24,191 bases of DNA from a virus (lineage: Duplodnaviria; Caudoviricetes), in the IMG/VR virus record IMGVR_UViG_3300020280_000014, positions 1 to 24,191 of that record; one strand, 5' to 3'. This document shows, one piece after another, positions 16,814 to 24,191 of the stretch (position 1 is the stretch's first letter; each line of letters opens with the position of its first letter). The position numbers were made by a program, and so were the translations under genes. The notes under the pieces are model-generated. The model was not told the origin of the DNA. It worked only from the letters and a program-made list of their open reading frames with translations, and did not search any database.

Positions 16814-18718
16814 ATGGGAAGACTACTTTCAGGCAGAGTCGGTGTAACCAGTTATGCTGGTTTATCTACATTCAGAAATCAAACAAATGGATTCCCGTCC
16901 TTTCTTGGTCTGGAAGAGGCAGAACCTAATTTAGGTTTGCCAAATAACAATGAGTTTATATTATATGCTAATACAAATGGAGAGAGATTCTGGGCAGCAC
17001 CACCTTCAGGTACAGGTGGTGGATCAGCATTTGGTTTCACCGTACAAGATCAAGGAGTAACACCAGTTGGTTTTGCAGGGTCAACAACCACATTAAATTT
17101 TCAGGGAAATGGTGTTGTTGTAACAGAAGCGAAAGAAAATACAGGTATAGGTGGCACGATTCAAGTTGGTATTGCCACTGTAATAATCAATAAAAATACA
17201 TTAGATTTTTCAGATGCAAATGAATTTACTGTAAGTAGCGGAGTAACTACGGTAAGAGTCGGTGCAGGTTTGTCAGTTATGGAATTGCCTGTAGGACAAC
17301 ATGCATCAGGTATCACATCAATATTCTCTATCGCTGACTCTAGTATAAAGTTTGAGGACGCACAGGGATTTGAGTTAGTTGATGAAATCAATGTAATAAG
17401 ACTTGGTGTAGGACTTACATTTACTTCAGTCTCTTCTGGCATAGGATCACTAGCTCCTGATTCTCCTTTTTATGTTGAGCATTTGAGTGTCAGTGGTATT
17501 GCATCTGCACCAGTGTTTGACGGTAATCTTACTGGAAATGTGACTGGTAATGTCACTGGTAATGTGACAGGAGATATCACAGGAGATGTTGAGGGAGATT
17601 TGACAGGTGATGTCACTGGTAATGTGACAGGAAATGTGACGGGTAATTTGACAGGTAATATTAGTTCTTCATCTGGTAATTTAGAGGTTGACCCTGCCAC
17701 TCAAATACTTGAGGTCAGAGGTGACAATTCATCAATTGAAGGACAAATACAATTAAATTGCCATGTGAACTCTCATGGTCAAATAATTACTGCTGCTGAT
17801 CATAGTGTTGGGGCAACAAATAAACTAACTTTACCAGGTGGTTCAGTAATTGGTAATAGCGATGCGACCCTTGTTTCAGACACGGGCACACAGACTCTTG
17901 CTAACAAAACATTGACCTCGCCTACTATTACAGGCACAGGTGCAATCGCAGGTACATTTACAGGAGATTTGACTGGTAATGTCACTGGTAATCTTCAAGG
18001 CAATGTAACAGGTAATCTCACAGGAACAGTCACTGGTGCGTCTACATTGGTTACTGTAGCAGCAGACACCACTGATACCACAACTAATATATTGTTTGTA
18101 GGCAGTGCGACGGGTGAGCAAGCAGCAAAGTCAAGCACCGCTTTGACATTTAATGCTGCAACAGGTGCATTATCGGCATCATCATTTAGTGGTGGTCTAT
18201 CGTCAAGTGATCTTTCAGGTGCTCTGCCTGCTTTAGATGGTTCGGCACTTACTGATGTAGTAACAGCATTTATAGATATTACAGCAACTGACTCCACTGC
18301 TGCCGATCACTTTATAACATTTGTTGATACTGCAGGTGGAAGTGGTGAGAGATTGAGAAGTGATAGCAGTCTAAAATACAATCCGTCAACCAATACGTTG
18401 ACAGCATCAGCTTTCAACGGTTCATGCACTGGATTGACAGGAGATCCTGATGTCACTGTCACTAATATAACCTTGAAGGGAAATATGATACCCGATGTGA
18501 ATGGTCTTAGAAGCATTGGTTCAAGCACTGTAGCACTAAATGAAATATACGCTTCTGATTTCTACTGTGCTGATATGCATTTTTCAAATGTAGGTAAAAG
18601 AGTGAATGAGGTAGATGGAACATCAGGTAGTTGGACATTGCAAGAGGGTGAGGAGGATATCTACATGCTGAACAATATATCGGGTAAAAAATACAAAATC
18701 AGCCTAACCGAAGTATAA
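16814..18718 (+). CDS. Tail fibre protein with G[ND][VL]T tetrapeptide repeats and conserved C-terminal DxHxSN...VDGT.G...QEGE domain (634 aa)
   Basis: N-terminus LLSGRV...LEEAEPNLGLP; GNVT arrays; YNPSTNTL module; C-terminus DMHFSN...NEVDGTSGSWTLQEGEEDIYMLNNISGKKYKISLTEV. Confidence 0.75.
   Translation: MGRLLSGRVGVTSYAGLSTFRNQTNGFPSFLGLEEAEPNLGLPNNNEFILYANTNGERFWAAPPSGTGGGSAFGFTVQDQGVTPVGFAGSTTTLNFQGNGVVVTEAKENTGIGGTIQVGIATVIINKNTLDFSDANEFTVSSGVTTVRVGAGLSVMELPVGQHASGITSIFSIADSSIKFEDAQGFELVDEINVIRLGVGLTFTSVSSGIGSLAPDSPFYVEHLSVSGIASAPVFDGNLTGNVTGNVTGNVTGDITGDVEGDLTGDVTGNVTGNVTGNLTGNISSSSGNLEVDPATQILEVRGDNSSIEGQIQLNCHVNSHGQIITAADHSVGATNKLTLPGGSVIGNSDATLVSDTGTQTLANKTLTSPTITGTGAIAGTFTGDLTGNVTGNLQGNVTGNLTGTVTGASTLVTVAADTTDTTTNILFVGSATGEQAAKSSTALTFNAATGALSASSFSGGLSSSDLSGALPALDGSALTDVVTAFIDITATDSTAADHFITFVDTAGGSGERLRSDSSLKYNPSTNTLTASAFNGSCTGLTGDPDVTVTNITLKGNMIPDVNGLRSIGSSTVALNEIYASDFYCADMHFSNVGKRVNEVDGTSGSWTLQEGEEDIYMLNNISGKKYKISLTEV
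17522..17665 (+). repeat. 12-bp coding tandem repeat, 12 units (GNLT/GNVT/GDIT/GDVE/GDLT...)
   Basis: Units such as ggtaatgtcact and ggtaatgtgaca. A second array of about 8 units lies at 17951-18046. Confidence 0.9.
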
Positions 18719-18721
18719 ATA
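18714..18721 (+). promoter_or_regulatory. T4 late promoter (TATAAATA)
   Basis: Perfect consensus overlapping the stop of the previous gene, 29 bp before ATG 18751. A CTAAATA variant lies at 18738-18744. Confidence 0.8.
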
Positions 18722-18750
18722 TAAAAGATTAGGATTTCTAAATACCCGTT

Positions 18751-21700
18751 ATGTCAAGAGGAAGAGTTTTATCCAAGGTTGGTGGACTAACTCAGACCAT
18801 CAGTGGAATATCGACGTTTGTTGGTGTCTCGACCTTTGCGTCTGACGTAAGAATACATGGAAATATTACAGTAGATGGAACAACAGTGCTATCTACAGCG
18901 ATAGCAAATAGTAATTTAGCAAATAGTACAATATCGTTAGGTGGTGTTACAGTAGCACTTGGAGCAGCAGATGCCACTCCAGCGTTCAATTTGAGTGATG
19001 CCACAAATTATCCTACCAGTAGTCTAAGTGGTACGATAGCAAACTCACAATTAGCAAACGCTACAGTTTCGTTTGGTGGAGTGTCACTGTCATTAGGTGG
19101 TGCAAACAATACACCAGCATTCAACTTGAGTGATGCTACAGATTATCCTACATCATCACTGGTTGGTACTATAACCAATGCACAATTGGCAGGGTCTATT
19201 GCGAGTGCTAAGTTAGCAGACACAGGTGTGTCAGCAGGCACAGTTGGATCATCAACTGCCATACCTATTCTAACAATAAACGCTCAAGGTCAGGTAACAA
19301 ATACGTCCACCACTGCCATTGATAGCACCACCATAGAGAATGGGTCAGCGTCAGTCGCAGTGGCAAGCAACGGTCCGATTACATCTACAGGTAATCATGA
19401 TTTTACTGCTGGCATCGACGTTACGGGCAATATAACTGTATCTGGTACAGTGGATGGTAGAGACGTAGCTTCCGATGGTACAAAATTAGATGGGATTGAG
19501 TCTGCTGCAACTGCAGATCAGACTGCTGCCGAAATAAGAACACTCGTGGATAGTGCATCTGACAGTAATGTATTCACCGATGCAGACCACTCAAAACTTG
19601 ACGGAATCGAGTCAAATGCAACCGCAGATCAAACTGATGAAGAGATTCAGGATATTGTGGGTGCCATGCTCACAGGTAATACCGAATCAGGAATCACAGT
19701 AACATACCAAGACGGTGATGGTACGATAGACTTCACAGTTGCATCACAAACTGACGAAAATTTCACAACAGCAGACCATTCAAAGCTGGACGGTATTGAA
19801 GCAGGTGCAACAGCAGATCAGACAGGTGCTGAGATCAAGTCATTATATGAAGCACAATCAGATACTAATGCATTCACTGACGCTCTGGCAACAAAACTCT
19901 CAGGTATTGAGACGAGTGCAACAGCCGATCAAACTGCTGCTGAGATAAGAACTTTAGTTGAGGATGCTAGTGATAGTAACGTGTTCACCGATGCCGACCA
20001 CACAAAACTCAATGGCATCGAGGCAAACGCTACAGCAGATCAAACTGATGAAGAAATTCAGGACATTGTTGGAGCTATGCTCAGTGGTAATACTGAATCT
20101 GGTATTACAGTAACATATCAAGATGCTGATGGTACCATAGACTTCGCTGTGGCATCACAGACAGATGAAAACTTCACTACAGCAGACCACGCTAAACTTG
20201 ATGGTATTGAAGCAGGTGCAACAGCAGATCAAACTGATGAAGAGATTCAGGATATCGTGGGTGCCATGCTTACGGGTAACACTGAGTCAGGTATTACGGT
20301 AACATATCAAGATGCTGATGGTACGATAGACTTCGCTGTAGCATCTCAAACTGATGAAAACTTTACGACTGCAGACCACGCAAAACTGGATGGTATTGAA
20401 GCAGGTGCAACAGCAGATCAATCTGATGCAGAGATCAAGACAGCATATGAGAACAATAGTGACACCAATGCATTCACCGATGCCTTATTATCAAAACTCA
20501 ATGCAATAGAGTCAGGTGCCACCGCAGATCAGACATCAGAAGAGATTCAGGATATCGTGGGTGCCATGTTATCAAGTAATACTGAATCAGGTATTACCGT
20601 AACATACCAAGATAGTGATGGTACGATAGACTTCGCTGTAGCATCACAGACAGATGAGAATTTTACCACAGCTGATCACTCAAAACTCGATGGTATTGAA
20701 GCAGGTGCTACAGCAGATCAGACTGCAAGTGAGATACTCACACTAATCAAAACCGTTGATGGATCTGGTTCAGGATTAGATGCAGACACTCTTGATGGTA
20801 TAAGTTCAGCATCCTTCTTACGATCAGACACCAGTGATGCATTTACTGGCACTTTGACAGTTTCAGGTGCAGCAACTGTCGATAATTTAACGCTGGATGG
20901 AAATACAGTCACAACTTCATCAGGTAATCTTACGATAGACTCTGCAGGTGGTACCACAACTGTTGCTGACAACCTAGCAGTTTCAGGAAATTTGACTGTG
21001 AACGGCACCACTACCACTGTGAATGCTACAACAGTCAATATTGCAGACAAAAATATTCAGGTCGCCACTGGTGCTGCAGATGATTCTGCTGCAGATGGTG
21101 GAGGTATTACCATAGACTCAGGTGATGGTGATAAGACCTTCCAATTTGAAGCAACAGGTGATAATTTCGGATCATCAGAAAATATGAACCTGGCTGATGG
21201 CAAGGTTTATAAGATTGATAACACATCAGTTCTAAGTGCAACTACACTTGGATCTAGTGTAACTGGATCATCACTTACAAGTCTTGGTACTATATCCACT
21301 GGTGTGTGGCAGGGTACAGCGATTGGTAACGCATATCTAGCGAACTCAACCATGAGTGTGGGTGGTGTTACATTGACACTAGGTGGAACAGATGCCACTC
21401 CAGCATTCAATTTGAGTGATGCCACAAATTATCCTACAAGTAGTCTTAGTGGTACCATAACCAATGCTCAACTAGCAGGTTCTATTGCAGCGAGTAAATT
21501 AGCAGGTTCAATTGGAAATGCTAAGTTATCTAATTCCAGTGTATCTTATGGTGGTGTATCACTATCATTGGGTGGATCAGATGCAACACCAGCGTTTGAT
21601 CTTTCTGATGCTACCAATTATCCTACAAGTAGTCTAAGTGGTACCATAACTAATGCTCAATTAGCAGGTTCTATTGCGAGCAGCAAATTAGCTAATACGG

Positions 21701-23328
21701 GAGTATCTGCTGCAAGTTATGGATCCGCCAGTGCCATACCAATCATCACTGTAAACGCACAGGGTCAGATAACAGCACTGTCCACTGCTTCAGTTGACAT
21801 AGATGCCACTCAGATCACTGAAGGCAACACAAGTATGAGTGTGGATGACAGTGGTACAGGTAGCATTGTAGCAACGATTGACGGGTCAACACTTGCAACT
21901 TTTGCTGCTGCTGGTATCACACTTTCATCAGGAGCATTTGTTGGTAATCTAACTGGTAATGTCACTGGTAACACATCAGGGTCATCAGGGTCATGCACTG
22001 GTAACTCTGCAACTGCTACAAAACTAGCGAACGCTAGAACTATCGCAGGTGTGTCGTTTGATGGATCAGCAAACATATCACTGAACAATAATGCAATCAC
22101 CAATGGTGCAGGGTATATCACAAGTTCAGGCACATCAGCAGCATGTTCAGGAAACTCTGCTACTGCCACACTTGCAGCGAACTCAACCATCACTGCTAAC
22201 AATAGCACAAACGAGACCGTCTATCCTGTATTTGTGGATGGTGCCACTGGAACTCAAGGGTTAGAATCCGATACAGGGTTATCGTATAATCCAAGTTCTA
22301 ACACACTAACAACCACCACATTTGTGGGTGCATTGACAGGAAACGTCACTGGTAATGTATCTGGATCTTCAGGATCCACAACAGGCAACGCTGCTACTGC
22401 AACCAAACTTGCTACAGCAAGGACTATTGCAGGTGTATCATTCGATGGATCGGCAAATATAGCACTGAACAATGCTAACATTACAAACGGTGCTGGCTAT
22501 GTCACTGCTAACACACAGTTATCAAACGAGCAGGTTCAGGACATAGTAGGAGCGATGGTCTCAAGTAATACTGAATCTGGTATTACAGTAACATATCAAG
22601 ATGGTGATGGTACGTTAGACTTCTCTGTTGCATCTCAAACGGATAATAATTTTACCAATACTCTTAAGAGTAAACTTGACGGTATTGCTTCTGGTGCAAC
22701 CAATGTCACTAATAACAATCAGTTGACAAACGGAGCAGGTTACATAACTTCTCAGAGATCTGTTGAGTCAGTGCAAGATATCGTGGGTGCTATGGTAAGT
22801 AGCAACTCTGAATCTGGTATTACAGTAACATATCAAGATGGTGATGGTACATTAGACTTCTCTGTAGCGTCACAGACAGACAATAACTTCACTAATGCTG
22901 ATCACAGTAAACTCGATGGTATTGAGTCAGGTGCTACTGCAGACCAGACAGCATCAGAGATCTTGACATTGATCAAGACAGTAGATGGTTCTGGATCAGG
23001 ACTAGATGCTGATACTCTTGACGGTGTAAGTTCTGGATCATTCCTCAGGTCAGACACTGCTGACACAATGACAGCAACACTTACAGCAAGAACTATCGTA
23101 CCACAATCAGACTCAACTTATAACTTGGGTTCAAACTCAGTAAGATGGTCAAATATCTACGGTGATAACATAAGAACTGGTGACCTTCACCTTTCTAATG
23201 AGCATCTTGGAGGAAATGAAGTTGATGGAACTTGGGGTCATTACCAAATCCAAGAGGGTGAGGATGATCTTTTCCTCTTCAACAAACGTTCTGGTAAGAA
23301 GTATCGCTTCTTATTACAACAAGTATAA
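18751..23328 (+). CDS. Long modular tail fibre protein (1525 aa)
   Basis: Ala/Ser/Thr/Gly/Asp-rich. Repeated modules: TPAFNLSDATNYP x4, KLDGIExxATADQ hubs, IQDIVGAM...GITVTYQDxDGT x6, TKLAxARTIAGVSFDGSANI x2, VDGSGSGLDADTLDG x2. Same C-terminal domain as the 634-aa fibre. Confidence 0.85.
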   Translation: MSRGRVLSKVGGLTQTISGISTFVGVSTFASDVRIHGNITVDGTTVLSTAIANSNLANSTISLGGVTVALGAADATPAFNLSDATNYPTSSLSGTIANSQLANATVSFGGVSLSLGGANNTPAFNLSDATDYPTSSLVGTITNAQLAGSIASAKLADTGVSAGTVGSSTAIPILTINAQGQVTNTSTTAIDSTTIENGSASVAVASNGPITSTGNHDFTAGIDVTGNITVSGTVDGRDVASDGTKLDGIESAATADQTAAEIRTLVDSASDSNVFTDADHSKLDGIESNATADQTDEEIQDIVGAMLTGNTESGITVTYQDGDGTIDFTVASQTDENFTTADHSKLDGIEAGATADQTGAEIKSLYEAQSDTNAFTDALATKLSGIETSATADQTAAEIRTLVEDASDSNVFTDADHTKLNGIEANATADQTDEEIQDIVGAMLSGNTESGITVTYQDADGTIDFAVASQTDENFTTADHAKLDGIEAGATADQTDEEIQDIVGAMLTGNTESGITVTYQDADGTIDFAVASQTDENFTTADHAKLDGIEAGATADQSDAEIKTAYENNSDTNAFTDALLSKLNAIESGATADQTSEEIQDIVGAMLSSNTESGITVTYQDSDGTIDFAVASQTDENFTTADHSKLDGIEAGATADQTASEILTLIKTVDGSGSGLDADTLDGISSASFLRSDTSDAFTGTLTVSGAATVDNLTLDGNTVTTSSGNLTIDSAGGTTTVADNLAVSGNLTVNGTTTTVNATTVNIADKNIQVATGAADDSAADGGGITIDSGDGDKTFQFEATGDNFGSSENMNLADGKVYKIDNTSVLSATTLGSSVTGSSLTSLGTISTGVWQGTAIGNAYLANSTMSVGGVTLTLGGTDATPAFNLSDATNYPTSSLSGTITNAQLAGSIAASKLAGSIGNAKLSNSSVSYGGVSLSLGGSDATPAFDLSDATNYPTSSLSGTITNAQLAGSIASSKLANTGVSAASYGSASAIPIITVNAQGQITALSTASVDIDATQITEGNTSMSVDDSGTGSIVATIDGSTLATFAAAGITLSSGAFVGNLTGNVTGNTSGSSGSCTGNSATATKLANARTIAGVSFDGSANISLNNNAITNGAGYITSSGTSAACSGNSATATLAANSTITANNSTNETVYPVFVDGATGTQGLESDTGLSYNPSSNTLTTTTFVGALTGNVTGNVSGSSGSTTGNAATATKLATARTIAGVSFDGSANIALNNANITNGAGYVTANTQLSNEQVQDIVGAMVSSNTESGITVTYQDGDGTLDFSVASQTDNNFTNTLKSKLDGIASGATNVTNNNQLTNGAGYITSQRSVESVQDIVGAMVSSNSESGITVTYQDGDGTLDFSVASQTDNNFTNADHSKLDGIESGATADQTASEILTLIKTVDGSGSGLDADTLDGVSSGSFLRSDTADTMTATLTARTIVPQSDSTYNLGSNSVRWSNIYGDNIRTGDLHLSNEHLGGNEVDGTWGHYQIQEGEDDLFLFNKRSGKKYRFLLQQV
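18968..21455 (+). repeat. Dispersed 67-bp direct repeat pair (18968-19034 and 21389-21455)
   Basis: cagatgccactccagc[g/a]ttcaatttgagtgatgccacaaattatcctac[c/a]agtagtct[a/t]agtggtac; 64/67 identical, 2421 bp apart, in frame. Confidence 0.9.
19483..20829 (+). repeat. Hub-and-cassette coding repeat array (9 KLxxIExxATADQ hubs)
   Basis: Read from the translation. Includes a direct 189-bp tandem unit, 20041-20229 and 20230-20418. Confidence 0.9.
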
Positions 23329-23331
23329 ACT

Positions 23332-23339
23332 TATAAATA
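23332..23339 (+). promoter_or_regulatory. T4 late promoter (TATAAATA)
   Basis: Perfect consensus in the intergenic gap; AGGAG RBS follows; ATG 23363. Confidence 0.85.
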
Positions 23340-23362
23340 ACCAAGAAGGAGATCGGTAATCA

Positions 23363-24163
23363 ATGGCTTTTCACGGTAATGCTGCCAACCTAAATGTGAC
23401 GACGGATGTTTCGTCAGGAAACTATGGATCTGGCAATGCCATCCCCGTTATCAACATTGACAGTAGTGGCAGACTTAACTCTATCAACACAGCGTCAGTT
23501 ACATATAGTACATTGAATGCTAATGCAAACGTCGGTACGGTTGGAAGTTATGCTTTCATGCAACAGGCGAGTGGTAACACACAATATGCACCAGGTGCTA
23601 CATTAGCAGGTTCAAGTCTCCGATTTTCAGATGCAACAGGTCGTGTTCATAATACCACACCTTCAGGAAACTGGAGATGTATGGGTTATGACTCAGGTGC
23701 TGCACTGACAAACTCAGGTTCAGTCGGTGGTTCAGCAGCAGGGTCAGGATCACTGCAAGGTGGTAATGTCCAAGGTGATAGGACAGCGAATATTTCTGGA
23801 AATATTCAGGGTGATGTATCAGGAAACTTACAAGGTGGTAATATTCAAGGTAACACCAACGTGAACGTATCTGGTAACCTGCAGGGTGGTAAGACATTAT
23901 CAGTGAACCAAGCAAACCCACGATCAAACTATGGTAATGATGACAAAGTAAATATCAATGCATCAGTTTCTCTTGATAATAAAGGCGTGGGTGGTAGTGT
24001 AAACCTTGCCACTGATGATCTTAATATAACTGGTAGTACTGGTACTATTGCAACAGACGATTTATCAGTTGCTGGTAACGTGGCGGTGAACGTGAACCTT
24101 GGTTCAATCACAGTCAACACAACTGTAGCATACTCATCAACTCTTTGGTTACGTTATTCCTAA
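23363..24163 (+). CDS. Short tail fibre tip / receptor-binding protein (266 aa)
   Basis: N-terminal fibre motif GNYGSGNAIPVINIDSSGRL. Tip domain VGTVGSYAF...PGATLAGSSL...SGNWRCMG...TLWLRYS, interrupted by a G/N-rich insert. Confidence 0.7.
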   Translation: MAFHGNAANLNVTTDVSSGNYGSGNAIPVINIDSSGRLNSINTASVTYSTLNANANVGTVGSYAFMQQASGNTQYAPGATLAGSSLRFSDATGRVHNTTPSGNWRCMGYDSGAALTNSGSVGGSAAGSGSLQGGNVQGDRTANISGNIQGDVSGNLQGGNIQGNTNVNVSGNLQGGKTLSVNQANPRSNYGNDDKVNINASVSLDNKGVGGSVNLATDDLNITGSTGTIATDDLSVAGNVAVNVNLGSITVNTTVAYSSTLWLRYS

Positions 24164-24169
24164 ACAATT

Positions 24170-24191
24170 ATGGCAGACACAAGTTACGAAG
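24170..24191 (+). CDS. Start of next ORF (MADTSYE...), 3' partial
   Basis: ATG 6 nt after the stop at 24163; open to the window end. Too short to assign. Confidence 0.5.

Noticed and set aside
9448-19948. Alternate-frame + strand ORFs (9448, 10036, 11419, 19739)
   Set aside because: Short, nested in fibre genes, with atypical composition and no evident RBS or promoter.
19483-20829. CRISPR-like appearance (constant repeat with variable spacers)
   Set aside because: The repeats are degenerate at wobble positions, the spacers themselves recur, the region is one open frame, and there are no cas genes.
18968-23060. Possible diversity-generating retroelement TR/VR pair among the fibre repeats
   Set aside because: Mismatches fall at third codon positions and are not adenine-specific, all copies are in-frame coding, and no reverse transcriptase is in the window.
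517-24120. Numerous minus-strand ORFs (e.g. 13469..14122, 4820..5290, 1515..1931, 21810..22208)
   Set aside because: All lie antisense to long + strand genes, show no recognisable motifs, and are expected shadows of Gly/Thr/Ser/Val-rich codon usage.
16814-24163. Invertible tail-fibre (shufflon/Gin-type) system
   Set aside because: All tip modules are on one strand; no invertase gene or inverted crossover sites were noticed.

Overview
An AT-rich, gene-dense stretch of a T4-like marine cyanomyovirus genome (Kyanoviridae-type) covering the tail hub, spike and fibre region; every credible gene is on the + strand. The His-rich CP12 suggests a Prochlorococcus/marine Synechococcus host (inference). 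Gene order: two paralogous tape-measure/ejection-like proteins; a gp27-like hub; the auxiliary metabolic gene cp12; gp5 (OB fold, no recognisable lysozyme domain); three spike-associated ORFs; two small genes behind a host sigma70-type promoter; a cluster of five fibre/spike proteins plus a small adaptor, most preceded by the T4 late promoter NATAAATA. No tRNA, CRISPR, integrase, transposase or reverse transcriptase was seen. The most interesting signals are: a hub-and-cassette repeat grammar in the 1525-aa fibre, with protein-conserved but codon-diverged units; a recurring G-[IV]-[SA]-T tetrapeptide across several virion proteins (candidate modification sequon); a 150-aa out-and-back insert in a fibre tip domain; a split, lysozyme-less central spike with a duplicated stand-alone domain; and an early-promoter island inside the late operon. 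All family assignments come from motif recognition by eye, not database searches.
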